Shown in pieces: positions 9,315 to 21,894 of a DNA stretch of 64,000 bases (position 1 is the first letter of the stretch; each line of letters begins with the position of its first letter). The translations under genes and the position numbers were made by a program. The DNA is taken from positions 37,758,001 through 37,822,000 of the forward strand of contig OZ360232.1 of the NCBI GenBank assembly GCA_977017645.1. Direction: 5' to 3'. The DNA is from Torpedo marmorata (lineage: Eukaryota). The notes beneath the pieces are model-generated. The model was given only the letters and a program-made list of their open reading frames with translations. It ran no database searches and had not been told where the DNA came from.

Positions 9315-12300
9315 GATTAATTTCCTAAATTGGGTCAAGTCCAATTTCCACAGGATTAGGCAGGAGGTAGCAATAGTTGACTGGACACACTTGCTAGAGA
9401 GTACAAGCATGTCTACCAAATGGAAGGTGTTTCAGAGGACGATAATGAAGATCTAGGTCAGTGGTTAGAACATAGAACACTCCAGCACAGTACAGTCTCT
9501 TCGGCCCACGATGATGTGCCGACCCTTATATTCCTTAAAAAATACTACCCCTACCCTGTAACCCTCTATTTTTCTTCCATCCATGTGCCTGTCTAAGGCA
9601 TAAGTGATCTGCGGTTAGTAAGGGATTACTTAAGGTGGTATGTGAGTGAAAAAAGGTTGAGGTCCACTGGTCTAGAACGAATATGTTCCCCATATGGTAA
9701 AGGGTAGAATGGCAAGGTTAAGAAATTCTCTTTAACAAGGCATATAGAGGCACAGATCACGAAGAAAAATTAGGTACTGTGCAGTACATATCAGATTCAG
9801 GCAGACTGGTTCGAGCGACCCACTTAAGGAATAATTAAGTAACATTAAGAAATGCAGGAGCATAGTGAAGTGGTAAATAAGGAAGGCTAAAAGAGGTTAT
9901 CAGATAGCTTTGGTGGACTGTAAGTTAGAATCCGTAACGATTTTATAAATATTACAAGAACAGAAGGGTCACAGGAAATGAATAGTTCCCCTTAATATTC
10001 AGGAGGCGTCCACATTTACAGCAAGAGGAAATGGGGAAGATCTTATATGAATATGTTCAGATTCAGATTTCAAATATAAGATTTATTGTCACAGTACATA
10101 CATGACGTCACATAGATTCTTTTTTTCCTGCGGGCACAGCAGAATTACCACTAATTGGTAGTGCAAAAGTAAACTGTACACAGCGTAAACATGTAAACAA
10201 TCAAAAGAACTGCTAACAGGTAACGAATGAAACTGAAAGTGAAACTGACTGTGCAATACAGAGAGAGCAAAGAAAAATCAATAAAGTGCACGAGTAAGAG
10301 TCCTTAAATGAGCTTCTAATTGGACTTTGTCGTTGAGGATTCTGATGGTAGAGGAGTAGCAGCTGTTCCTAAACCTGGGGTGCGTAATTGGATCATGGAT
10401 GACCTCAGCTCCAGACCACAATCAGTGAAGATTGGTAAGAACTTCTCCTGCACAATCTCCACAGTACCGGAGCACCACAGGGCTGTGTTCGTAGCCCCCT
10501 GCTCTACTCACTTTACACCTGCGACAGTGTTGCTCGGTATGACAATAACACCATGTACAAATTTGCCAACGATACCACGGTTAAGGTAAAAGGTAAAGGT
10601 TCCATTATTGTCACGTAATACTAGTAGGTTGTATAAAGGAAGGGGACGAGTCACCATACAGGATGGAGATTGAAAACCTGGCTGAATGATGCACAAAAAA
10701 CAACCTTGCACTCAATGTCACCAAAACTATGGAGCTGATTGTTGACTTCAGGAAAGGAAAGCCAGAGGTATACAATCCATTGATCATTGGGGGATCAGAG
10801 GTGGAGAGGGTGAGCAAATTTAGGTTCTTGGGAGTCAGAATCTCGGAGGATATTTCCTGGACCCAACACACCAATGGCATCGTTAAGAAAGCACGTCAGC
10901 GCCTTTACTTCCTCAGGAGCTTGCAGAGGTTTGATATGACACCAAAAGCCCTGGCAAATTTCTACAGATGTGTGGTGGAAAGTATCCTGACCGGCTGCAT
11001 CATGGTCCGGTATGGGAACACCAATATCCCTGAGCGTAAAGCCCTCCAAAAGGTAGTGGACACATTACTGGTAAAATCCTCCTCATTATTGAGTACATCT
11101 ACAGGGAATGCTGCCGTCGGAGGGCAGCAGCAATCATCAAAGACCCACACCACCCAGCACACGCTCTGTTCTCGCTGCTGCCATCAGGAGAGATGTATAG
11201 TTGCCACAAGACTCGTACCACCAGGTTTAGGAACAGCTGATACCCCTCCACCATCAGAATCCTCAAGACAAAGTCAAATCAGAGACTCATTTAAGGACTC
11301 TTACTCGTGCACTTTATTGATTGGATATAATTACTGGTGAACTAGATGAGCAGGAGGAGGAGGGGAGAGAGATGATTAAAGATAGCATAGAACATGTCTG
11401 CAACACTAATGAAGAGGTATTAGCCAACTTAGATCATATTAACTTGGATAGGTCTCCGGGCCCAGACCTGATGTGTACCATAACGATGTGGGAAAGCAGG
11501 CAGAAAATTGTTGGGGATTTGACGGACGATTTTTTTAACATCGTTGAGGACAGGAGAAGTTCAGGAGGACTGGAGGATTGCAAATATGGTGCCACTGTTT
11601 GAACGAGCGGCTGTCAGGATAATCCTGGTAACGACAAACCTGTTTGTCTGACGTCAGTGGCAGGGAAACTACTGGAGAGAATGTGAGAACTTTAGGATGG
11701 TCAGGGGAATACGAGGGAGAGCCAGAACGTAGTTTTTACGTACAAATCGTGTCTCACGAACTCGGTAGACATCCTTTGAAAAGATAACAAACAGATTAGA
11801 GGAGGGCAAGGTAGCTGATGCAATTTACATGGATTTGACATGTTTCATTAGGTCCCACCTACATGGTAGGTTGGCATGGAGGGTTATGGCACATGGGATA
11901 GGAGTCCAACCAGCCAATTGATTAAAAATTGGCTCAGTGATAGGAGTGCGAGGTTGGTTGCATATGTCAGTTTACGGACTGGAGGGCCAGTGGATTTATT
12001 TGATTTTTAGCGCTAGAGGCCTTGTTTTTTTTTTAACATATGTAAAAGATTTAGCGAAGAATATTTGTGGCAAGGTGAGTAAGTTTGCGGATGCCAGTAA
12101 AAGATGCGCTGCAGTGGACCTTGAAGAAGGTTACCTGGTTTTGCAACGGAATCTAGACCAGATGGGGAAGTGGGTTGAGGAATGGCAGATGCAGTTCGCA
12201 TGAAGAGTTACGAGATGCTGCATTCAGGTAAATATAATCAAGGCAGGACAAGTTGTTAAGAGTCTAACCCCAAAAGGTGTTGTGGAGCAGAGGGACATCG

Positions 12301-12650
12301 GGATGCAGGTACATATATCTTTAACTATAGCAGCACAGATAGTGTAGTGAAGAGAACATTTGTGATGTTTCCCTTTGTCGGTTACAGCATTGAATGCAAG
12401 TATTGGGACTTCATGGTGAAGTTATACAAGACGTTGGTGAGACCACACTTGGAACATTGTGTGCACGATTTGTAACGTAGCTATAGGAAGGATTATATAA
12501 GTTGTAAAGGGTACAGAAGACGTTTGCGAGGTTGTTGACAGGATTAGAGAAGTTGCGTTTATCGTGAGAGGCTTGAAAACTGGGCCTTCCTTGCTTGGAG
12601 CGTGTAAGATTGCGAGGGGATCTTATTGAAGACTTGAAGTACACAAAATC
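9315..12650 (+). mobile_element. old CR1 LINE, interrupted by a MITE/CR1 tail (~9455-9675) and a Rex1-like element (~10055-11323)
   Basis: Remnants DRSPGPD, SKFADASK, DQMGKWVEEWQMQF, aagacgttggtgagaccacacttggaa. Confidence 0.75.
10055..11323. mobile_element. Rex1/Babar-like LINE with internal inversion (3' end on minus 10055-10380, RT body on plus 10381-11323)
   Basis: ORF 10729-11340 [13 protein letters not shown]...FYRCVVESILTGC; 10276-10380 is the reverse complement of 11220-11323. Confidence 0.8.
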
Positions 12651-12669
12651 ACGGGGTGCATTGCTACGT

Positions 12670-13430
12670 AAATCGTGTCAGTAAAACCAGGGACGACCAT
12701 CCTTCACGACACATTAATAGCTCGGCGGTGGAGAGAGCAGAGAGCAACAAGATCCTCGGAGTCCACTTGAGTAGTGACCTATCCTGGACACACATCTCCT
12801 CACTTGTCAGGAAGGCACAACAGCGAAAGCAATTCCTGAGAAGACTGAGGTGGGCAGGGATACCGATCACCATCCTGTCAACTTTCCAAAGGAGCTCTAT
12901 CGAGAGCGTCCTTGCCGGCTGCATCACAATGTGGTATGGTTGCTAATAGACTATAGAGCATCGGATCGGAGGTCAATCCACAGGACCATAAGAGCAGAAG
13001 ACAGGATCACTGGGGTCTCCCCCTTCCCCATCGACGTGTTTAACTGGGATCGTTGTTGGAAGAGGGCTTGCAAAATTGTTGAGGACCCTTACCACCCCGC
13101 ACACAGCATCCTTCAGCTACTCCCGTCAGGAAGGAGATACAGGAGTATCAGAGCCAGAACTACTAGGCTGAGAAAATTTCTTCCAACGGGCAGTGAGACA
13201 GCTGAACGACTGAATGAAGTGCTCACACAAAATCTTCGAGCCTTACTCTTTATTAAACAATATTTATTTATTTTTATATGTGCATATACGTACAACATAT
13301 TTATCGTTTTTCTGTATGTGTGTTATATATAGATGTCTGTTTGCATGTTGTCCCAAAGAGCATAGAACGCTGTTTCGTCAGGTCGTACTTGTAAAATCGG
13401 ATGATATTAACGAACTTGAACTGAACTGAA
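12670..13430 (+). mobile_element. Rex1/Babar-like LINE 3' fragment
   Basis: RKAQQRKQFLRRL, SSIESVLAGCITMWYG, HPAHSILQLLPSGRRYRS; tail (GAACT)n. Confidence 0.8.
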
Positions 13431-13799
13431 TGCTTCCCAGAGTGGGACAACCTAAGAAGACAGCGCATAATTATAAGGCCAGAGTGGTGGGATTTGGAAG
13501 GGACGTGATTGGACAAGTTTGATGGGCAAGTGGAACGATTGTCAGGCAAAGTGGCGGACGCTGAAACGTTAGTTTCCTTTCACAAAACAATTGGATAACT
13601 ACGTAGATAGAATGGCGTTAAGGGATTGGAGGGGTATGGGCCTAATGCAGACAAATAGGACCAAAGCACTTGGACACGTTGTTCGGCGAGGACGAACTGT
13701 GCCTGTGATGCTGTTTCCGTGCTGTGGGACTCCAATGACCCCATGTCCATATTTCCTCCTCCAATTAAGTATATTTTGTGCCAGATCCCTGATTATCAG

Positions 13800-14470
13800 T
13801 GATAATATAGAACATCGTGATGGAGGGCCATATAGAGAGATTTTCGCACTTTGGCCTTCATAAATAAAACTATTGAGTACAGGAGTTTGGATGTTATGGG
13901 AAAGTTGTATAAGACATTGATGGGGCCACATTTGGGGTTTTGGGTGCAGTTTTGGTCACCTAACTACAGGAGAGATAGCAATGAAATTGAAAGAGTGCAG
14001 AGAACATTTACTAGGATGTTGCCGTGACTTGAGGAATTAATTTACATAAAAAAAGCTTAAACAGATTAGGACTTTATTCCCTGGAGCGTGGAACAATGTG
14101 GGGAGAGTTATAAAGGTAAACAAAATTACGATAGGCATTGAGTAAAAGCAAGTAGGCTTTTTTCCACTGAGGTTAGGTGAGATACAAACCTGTGGACATG
14201 GTTTAAGAGCGAAATGGGATAGGTTCAGGGGGAATATTAGGGGAAATCTCTTCATACAGGAACTGTTGGGAGTATGGAACGAGCTGCCAGCTGAAGTGGT
14301 GAATGCCGGCTCAATTTTAACGTTGAGGAAAAATTTGGACAGGTGCATGGATGGGAGGGGTATGGAGGAATATGAAATGGTTGCAGATCAGTGGGACTAG
14401 GAAGTATAATATTTCGCCACAGACTAGAAGCGCCGTAGGGCCTGTTTCCCGTGTTGTAAGATTCTATGCT
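13800..14470 (+). mobile_element. CR1 LINE 3' fragment
   Basis: Same 3' region and UTR as the CR1 at 20850-21467. Confidence 0.8.
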
Positions 14471-14510
14471 TATATATATATTTTTTTATTCCAGGTAGGT
14501 CAGATTTAAA

Positions 14511-14767
14511 GTAAAAACACACTGGTGGAGAAACTCAGCAGGTCAAATGGTGTACTTTATATCGCAAAGATAAAGATACATAACCAACGTTTCTGACTTG
14601 AGCCCTTATTCTAACCCTTCATCAGCATTGATGAAGGGCTCAAGCCCGAAACGTTGGTTATCTGTCTTTATCTTTGCTATATAAAGTACACTGTTTGACC
14701 TTCTGAATTTGTCCAGCATTGTGTTTTTACTTCAACCACGGTGTCTGCAGACTTTCGTGTTTTATTG
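14511..14767. repeat. palindromic Penelope pLTR-derived element (arms 14511-14625 and 14628-14730, plus ~35 nt tail)
   Basis: gtaaaaacac...cccttcatcag / ttgatgaaggg...gtgtttttac inverted arms, homologous to the Penelope ends at 6305 and 40671. Confidence 0.8.
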
Positions 14768-15085
14768 CTAAAATTTAAAGGAAGGTTTGTTCAAATCATA
14801 CGTCACTTTAATAATAATGGTCTCACCACATTTAACCAGAATCAAGATCAGCGTCGATTTGAGAATATTGTTGTCTCACAGTTGACTTGCAGTGGATTAA
14901 TTATTTTGGCGTCACATCTTATTGTCCGTACATCGCTGACTGACTCATTATTTCATCTGTTAGTATCCTCTAAAATGAGTATCACGACCTTCGAATGCAG
15001 ATGTTGTAAAATAAATAGAACAGTCGGTTTATCGATGACAAAGTTTTATGGTTGTACATCGTTAAATATAGACGAGAACAGTTTA

Positions 15086-15183
15086 GCTTTAAGAAATATC
15101 GTTGCTGGTTTTGAAAGGGACTGGTTGTGTCGCTGTCCACCAATAATAATCTCAAACGAAAGAATGGATCCAGTGCCCCTCCC
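15086..15183 (+). promoter_or_regulatory. Pcdh promoter 2 (CGCT 15131-15134, CCAAT 15140-15144)
   Basis: gctttaagaaat...ctggttgtgtCGCTgtccaCCAAT...atggatcca. Confidence 0.85.
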
Positions 15184-15383
15184 ACATCTCAGAAAATAAG
15201 ATCATAACCGACGAGAAAAGACAGCAGTGCGCACAGTCCATTTGAGGAGGAAAAGCGTTGCGCCTTCATTAATTTCGAATATAAATATATGATATAGATC
15301 TTCTGCTGCATTCATTTAAAAGATCAGTTCTCCGGTTTTTTCGAGCAGAGGCGTGGTTTGAAGAAACAATTCAGTGCGGAACA

Positions 15384-17780
15384 ATGGCGGATTCAGGGAT
15401 CAACGCTGCCACTGCTTTGAAAATCGCTGCTTTCATGATTCTGGTATGTCCAACTGATCTGATATTTGGAAAAATTCTCTATTCTATTCCTGAGGAACTG
15501 GAATTAGGGGCTTTTATTGGGAATATCGCAGAAGACTTGAGAATGAATGTACCGCAATTGTCCGCTCGTAAATTGCGGCTGGTCACTGATGGCGGAGCAC
15601 AGTTTATGAAAGTTAATTTAAATAATGGAATTGTGTCTGTTGGAGAAAGAATCGACAGAGAACATATATGTGGACAAGAGATTATTTGTAATGTTCTTTT
15701 CGAAGTAATACTGGAAAATCCTTTGTCGGCGTATCGTGGGGTATTGAAGATTCTTGACGTAAACGACAATTCTCCCACCTTCCAAGACAACACGATTGTC
15801 TTACAGATAGCCGAAGCGATTTCACCAGGGGTACTCTTCCCTCTCGAGAATGCGGAAGATTTGGACGCTGGAGTTAACACAATCATTGCTTACACAATCA
15901 GTTCCAGCGAGTATTTTAGCCTAAGGACGCAATCAACCGAGGACGGTATGATAATTACTAAGTTGCTGTTAGAAAAACCTTTGGATAGAGAGATACAGTC
16001 GTCCTTTCGGTTGATCCTGACGGCCATTGATGGTGGCAGTCCTCAAAAATCCGGTACAGCTCATATTCACATTACTGTAGTGGACATAAATGATAATCCA
16101 CCGCTATTCGATCCTGACATTTACAGAGGGAGTTTGTTAGAAAACGCGCTTCTGGGTACCTTGGTAATGAAAGTCAAAGCCATTGACTTGGACGAAGGGA
16201 CAAACGCTGACCTAACATATTCCCTCAGCAAGCTGAATTCAGAAAGAACTCGCGAATTGTTTAATTTGGACCCACACACTGGGGAGATTCGGCTCGAAGG
16301 GACGCTAGATTTTGAAGAAACGCAAAGTTATTCCTTGAATGTTCAAGCCGTGGACCATGGGTCGCCTGCAATGTTCGGAGATGCCAAAGTGCTAATCAAG
16401 GTAATTGACGTTAACGACAACGCACCAGAGGTAAAAGTGACATCTGCTACGAACAGAATTCTGGAAAATGTTCCTCCTGGAACATTGATAACCTTAATAA
16501 ATGTTATCGATCGCGATTCTGGGGTAAACGGGCAGTTTCACTGTGAAGTACCAAAACGTACTCCCTTTAGGCTTCAATCATCGTCGAAAAACCATTATGA
16601 ATTGATTACCAACGAACCGTTGGACCGTGAAGGTGTCCCTGAGTACAAAGTACCTTTTGTAGCCTGGGATTTGGGATCGCCTTCCCTATCAACAAACAAA
16701 ACCATTCAGATTGTAATATCCGATGTAAATGATAACGCACCAATGTTTGGTGAACCTTCATACAACATATATGTGATGGAAAACAATACTCCGGGCGCTT
16801 CTGTTTTCTCGGTAACTGCGACAGATGCTGATCTGGAACAGAATTCCTATATTTCCTACTCATTCTTGGAGATTCCTATCCATGCCTTGCCGGTATCCCC
16901 TTACCTCAGCATTAACTCTATGAACGGCACCATTTACGCGCTGCACTCTTTTGATTATGAGAAACTTAAAAACTTCCAAATCCACGTTCAAGCCCGTGAT
17001 GCTGGCGTGCCCCCACTGAGCAGCAGTGTTGCTGTGAATGTTATAATCTTGGATCAAAATGACAACGCTCCCATAATTGTTTCAGCTTCAGGACAAAGTG
17101 GATTAGAAGAGGTGGTGCTCCTACCTCAGTCGTCAGCTCAGGGGTACTTAGTCGCCAAGATTTTGGCTACTGATGCAGATTCCGGTCAGAATGCACGGCT
17201 CTTTTATCATATGGTGAAATCTACCGATTCCAGCTTATTCAATGTTGGTCAAAACCCCGGAGAAATCACAACATCGAGGGCTATTTTGCAGAGGGATACC
17301 ACAACACACACTCTCGTCATCTTGGTGAAGGACAATGGGCAACCGAGCCTCTCCAGCATATCTACAATTCACATCTCAGTTTTGGAGAACATTACTGAAA
17401 GAAACACACTAAGCAGTACTTCAGTGGCGAATTCCAAACATTTCCATGATTTAAATCTTTATTTAATCGTCCTTTTCGCATGCACTTCCATTCTCTTTCT
17501 TCTGACGATTATTCTGCTAATTGGCATCAAATGTAAGCAGGATAGAAATATTACCCAACAGTATAATTCTCCCCGTTGTTCTTATAAACGTGGGGATTCA
17601 AACGATACGTTCAACCTAAGACCGGTAATGGAGGAAACTTTACGCTATCCTGGGACTGGTCGTATAGCTCGCGTGTCAGAAGCGCACAATTACTCGGTCT
17701 GTCTATCTCCAGAATCAGCGAAGAGTGATTTTCTCTTTTTGAAGCCATGCACCGTTTCTACGCCGCAAGCCCAAAGCTAA
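15384..17780 (+). CDS. clustered protocadherin, gene 2
   Basis: 798-aa ORF with signal peptide, six cadherin repeats, CGQEIIC motif, TM, tail YSVCLSPESAKSDFLFLKPC. Confidence 0.94.
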   Translation: MADSGINAATALKIAAFMILVCPTDLIFGKILYSIPEELELGAFIGNIAEDLRMNVPQLSARKLRLVTDGGAQFMKVNLNNGIVSVGERIDREHICGQEIICNVLFEVILENPLSAYRGVLKILDVNDNSPTFQDNTIVLQIAEAISPGVLFPLENAEDLDAGVNTIIAYTISSSEYFSLRTQSTEDGMIITKLLLEKPLDREIQSSFRLILTAIDGGSPQKSGTAHIHITVVDINDNPPLFDPDIYRGSLLENALLGTLVMKVKAIDLDEGTNADLTYSLSKLNSERTRELFNLDPHTGEIRLEGTLDFEETQSYSLNVQAVDHGSPAMFGDAKVLIKVIDVNDNAPEVKVTSATNRILENVPPGTLITLINVIDRDSGVNGQFHCEVPKRTPFRLQSSSKNHYELITNEPLDREGVPEYKVPFVAWDLGSPSLSTNKTIQIVISDVNDNAPMFGEPSYNIYVMENNTPGASVFSVTATDADLEQNSYISYSFLEIPIHALPVSPYLSINSMNGTIYALHSFDYEKLKNFQIHVQARDAGVPPLSSSVAVNVIILDQNDNAPIIVSASGQSGLEEVVLLPQSSAQGYLVAKILATDADSGQNARLFYHMVKSTDSSLFNVGQNPGEITTSRAILQRDTTTHTLVILVKDNGQPSLSSISTIHISVLENITERNTLSSTSVANSKHFHDLNLYLIVLFACTSILFLLTIILLIGIKCKQDRNITQQYNSPRCSYKRGDSNDTFNLRPVMEETLRYPGTGRIARVSEAHNYSVCLSPESAKSDFLFLKPCTVSTPQAQS

Positions 17781-17954
17781 ATTACAATGATCAGTTTACA
17801 TCAATTGATAGCCGATGATGCCGGTTATCTTGTGTATCCAGCAATGTGAATCCTTGCAAGTCAAATATTTGTTTCCGAGTATTCCGCTTATGCACGTGTT
17901 TGTTTTGTTATTGTTATCGGTGATGTAAAGAGCTGGGTTGTTTTGATGGTCGAA

Positions 17955-17960
17955 AATAAA
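17955..17960 (+). terminator. candidate polyadenylation signal AATAAA of gene 2
   Basis: Same position in the 3' block shared with gene 1. Confidence 0.4.
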
Positions 17961-18394
17961 AGACCAATTAATCGGATCTAAACCTTTAACACTGATAAAT
18001 GTTACTTTTGGAAGGAGTTATGAGATTCGTCACTGAATGGTTTGCTTCTGCAGCTTTTGTTAGGTCGTCCAAACCATGAATATAGCGAATGGATAGAGGA
18101 TTTGGTTTTAATATCGGAAAATGGATCGAAATTACATTGAAAAACATTGTATAAGAATACTAGTACTCGTAGTTCATTGCAGGGCTAGAGTATACATTCT
18201 TTAAATTTAATCCTTAAATATTTAGCATATATGCCTGCTTTAACGGAATGCAATTCCATTAACTTTAAAGGTCATTTTGGTAAAGACTTTCAGGTTAGTG
18301 CAATAAGGTTCGTTCTATTGTGTCAAATTAATATGATTGGTACAGTTATACATTTGAATGTTTCCTTAAAACATCAAAATCCTACAAGGGTGTT

Positions 18395-21300
18395 CTGCGC
18401 AATAGGTCCATGTCTTTGCAAGTAGTATTGTAGGAAAGGCGTACGAGCTTAGAGCGTGGATTGGCGCGTGGAATTATAACATTGTGCCCATCAGTGAAAC
18501 TTGATTGCAGGAGGGGCAAGACTGGCAGCTCAATGTTCCGGGCTTCCGTTGTTTCAGACGCGATAGAACGGGGGGAATGAAAGGGGGAGGAATGGAATAA
18601 CATTGCTCGTCAGGGAAAATAGCACAGCTGTGCTCAGGCAGGACAGACCAGAAGGCTCGTCTACTGAGGCTATATGGGTGGAACTGAGGAACGGGAAATG
18701 TACGTCCACACTCATGGGGTTGTATTATAGACCGCCCATTATTCAGCAAGAATTGGAGAAGTAAATCTGAAGAGATATGGCACTCCGCTGCAGGAAACAT
18801 AAAGTTGTGATAGTAGGAGATTATAAATTTCCACATATTGATTGGGACCCCCACACTGTAAAGGACTGGATGGCTTGGAGTTTGTCAAATGTGTTCAGAA
18901 AAGTTTTCTAAATCAATATCTAGAGCAGTGGTTTTCAAACTGCCCCCCTAAACCCACATTCCACCTTAAGAAATCTCTATGACGTAAGTGCTCTGTGATT
19001 GGTGAGGGAATACTTAAGGTGGTATGTGCGTGGGAAGGGAAGGTTGAGAACCACTGATCTAGACCTAATTTTACAGAAATACTTTGCTTGAGAAAAATTG
19101 TCATTGGCCCATTTCCTTTGGAGTTATGAAACCGTGCACATAACGAGTAAATTCAGTATGATTAAAACAGTAGTATTCAAACCTTTTTATTTCCATTCAC
19201 ATACCACCTTAAGCAATCTCTTACTAATCACAGAGCACGTATGGCATAGGGATTGCTTAAGGTGGAATGTGAGTTTAGGGGGCAGTTTGAAAACCACTGA
19301 TCTCGAGGAACCAACTAGAGAGTGCAATACTGGATCTCCTATTGGGGAATGAGACAGGACATGTGACAGAAGAGAAGTTTGTGTAGGGTAACATTTTGGG
19401 TCCATAGATCATAATGCCATTAGTTTCAAGTTAATTATGGAGAAGGATGGGTCTGGGCCTCGGGTTGAGATTCTAAATTGGAGAAAGGATCTGGAATGGG
19501 TGGATTGGGAAAAGATGTTTTCTGGAAAAGATATGCTGGGTAAGTGGAAGACATTCAAATGTGAAATTTTGTTTCGGAAGAAGATATAAGTGTATAGCAG
19601 GTGTAGGCAACACGGAGTAAACAAGATACTCTAGGATTATAAGAAATGCAAGGCAAACCTCAAGAAATAAATCAATAAGGCTAAAAGAACACATAAGGTT
19701 GCTTTGGAAGAAAATGTGAAGGAAAATCCTAAGGGTTTCTACAGGTATATTAAGAGCAAGAGGATAGTGAGGGACAGAATTTGTCCCCTGGAAGATCAGA
19801 GTGGTCGGCTATGTATGGAGACAGAAGAGATCGGGGAGATCTTAAATGTTTTTTGCATCAGTATTTGGAATCTATACAGATTAATGAGGAGGAGGTGCGT
19901 CATGTCTTAAAGCAAATAAGGGTAGATAAATCCCCAGGGCCTGACAATATTTTCCTTCGAAAATTTAGGGAGACTAGTGTAGAAATTGCAGGGGCTCTGG
20001 CAGAAATATTTAAAATGTCCTCAGCCACAGGTATGGTGCCAGACGATTGGAGGGTAGCTCATGTTGTTCCGTTGTTTTGAAATGGCTCCAAAAGTAACCC
20101 TGGAAATTAGAGACCACTAAACCTGACGTCAGCAGTAGATACGTTATTGGATTGTGTTCTTAGACATCGGGTATACAAGTATTCGGATAGCCAGGGACTG
20201 ATTAAAGATACTCAACATTACTTTGTGCGTGATAGGTCGTGTTTAACCAATCTGATAGTTTCTCGAGGAGATTACCCGGAAAGTCTATGAAGGAATGGTT
20301 GTGGATGTTGTCTACATGGACCTTAGTAAGGCCTTTGACAAGGTCCCACATGGGAGGTTAGTCAGAAAGGCACAAACGCTAGGTAGTTATGGGGAGATAG
20401 TCAAATGGATTCGACATTGGCCACAGTGGAGAAGCCAGAGAGTGCTAGTGGATTATTGCTTCTCACATTGGAGGCCTGTGACTAGTGGTGTGCCTCAAGG
20501 CTCGGTGCTGGGACCATTGGTGTTTTTCATCCACATCAATGAACTGGGTGATAATGTAGTAAATTAGATTAGCAAATTTGCAGGTGACACAAAGACTGGA
20601 GGCGTTGTGGACAGCGAAGAAGGTTTTCAAAGCTTGCAGAGGGATCTGGACCAGTTTGGAAAATGGGCTGAACAATGGCAGACTGAATTTAATGCAGACA
20701 AGTGTGAGGTGTTGCATTTTGGAAGGAAAAACCAAGAAAGGACATCCACGGGTAAATGCTAGGGCACTGAGGAGTGAGGTAGAACAGAAGGATCTGGGAA
20801 TACACATACATAATTCCGTGACCGGTAGATAGGTGTGTAAAGTAAGCTTTTGGCATATTGCCCTTAATAAATGAAAGTATTGAGTATAGGAGTTGGGGTG
20901 TTATGATAAAGTTGTATAAGACATTGGTGAGGCAAATTTTGGAGTATTCTGTGCAGTTTTGGTCACCTAACTACAGGAAAGATATCAATAAGAGAGAAAG
21001 AATGCAGAGAAGATTTACTAGGATCTTGCCCAGACTTCAGAAACTGAGTTCCATGGAAAGATTAAACAGGTTTGGACTTTATTCCCTGGAGCATAGAATA
21101 ATGAGCGGAGATTTGATAGAGGTATTTAAAATTACGAGCGATCGAGACAGAGTAAATGTAAATAGGCTTTTACCACACAAACCAGAGAGCACGGGTTAAG
21201 ATTGAAAGAGGCAAGGTTGAGAAGGAACATTAGGGGGAACTACTTCACACAGAGAGTGGTGGGAGTGTGGAACCAGCTGCCAGCTGAAGTGGTGAATGCG

Positions 21301-21467
21301 GGCTCAATTTTAATTTTTAAGATGAATTTGGACAGGTACATGGATGGGAGAGGTATGGAGGGCTATGGCCGGGTGCAGGTCAGTGGGACTAGGCAGAAGA
21401 ATAGTTCGGAAGGGACTAGAAGGGCCGAATGGCCTGTTTCTGTGCTGTATTCTTCTATGGTTCTATC
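18395..21467 (+). mobile_element. CR1 LINE, near full-length ORF2 (APE plus RT), many stops/frameshifts
   Basis: APE region atatgggtggaactgagg; DKSPGPD, DVVYMDLSKAFDKVPH, SGVPQGSVLGP; 3' tail ttctatggttctat. Confidence 0.9.
18926..19299. mobile_element. hAT (Charlie-like) non-autonomous composite MITE inserted in CR1
   Basis: TIRs cagtggttttcaaactgccccc / gggggcagtttgaaaaccactg; 8-bp TSD atctagag (18918-18925) / atctcgag (19300-19307). Confidence 0.85.
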
Positions 21468-21894
21468 GTTCTTTGATATACTCCACACGAGCAAGTTTCA
21501 TTCACTTGCATGAAAAAACTTACAATCTGATAGCAAATATTAGACACGTTTACCTTAAACCTACACTGTCTGTAAATATTCCTTTGCACAGCAGGTAAAC
21601 GGAAGCAATGTAGATTTTACACTAAAATATGAAGACAAGAACAAAAGTCTATCGACGACCCCGAGGCATATTTGAGGAAAATTTGAGAATGTCAGACTGC
21701 TGAGATTTTATAATATTGAATGGGATGAAATTATGCTGTCTGGCACGAAACGCTACGAACGAACTCAAGGTTCATTGCTGTTATCTGGTCAAGATTATAA
21801 AATAATTTATTCGCTTTGGTTCTGCTCATATTTGTCATATTTCGACTATATTTATTTTAAAATCACTTTAATGGAGTTGTTCACGCATTTATAT

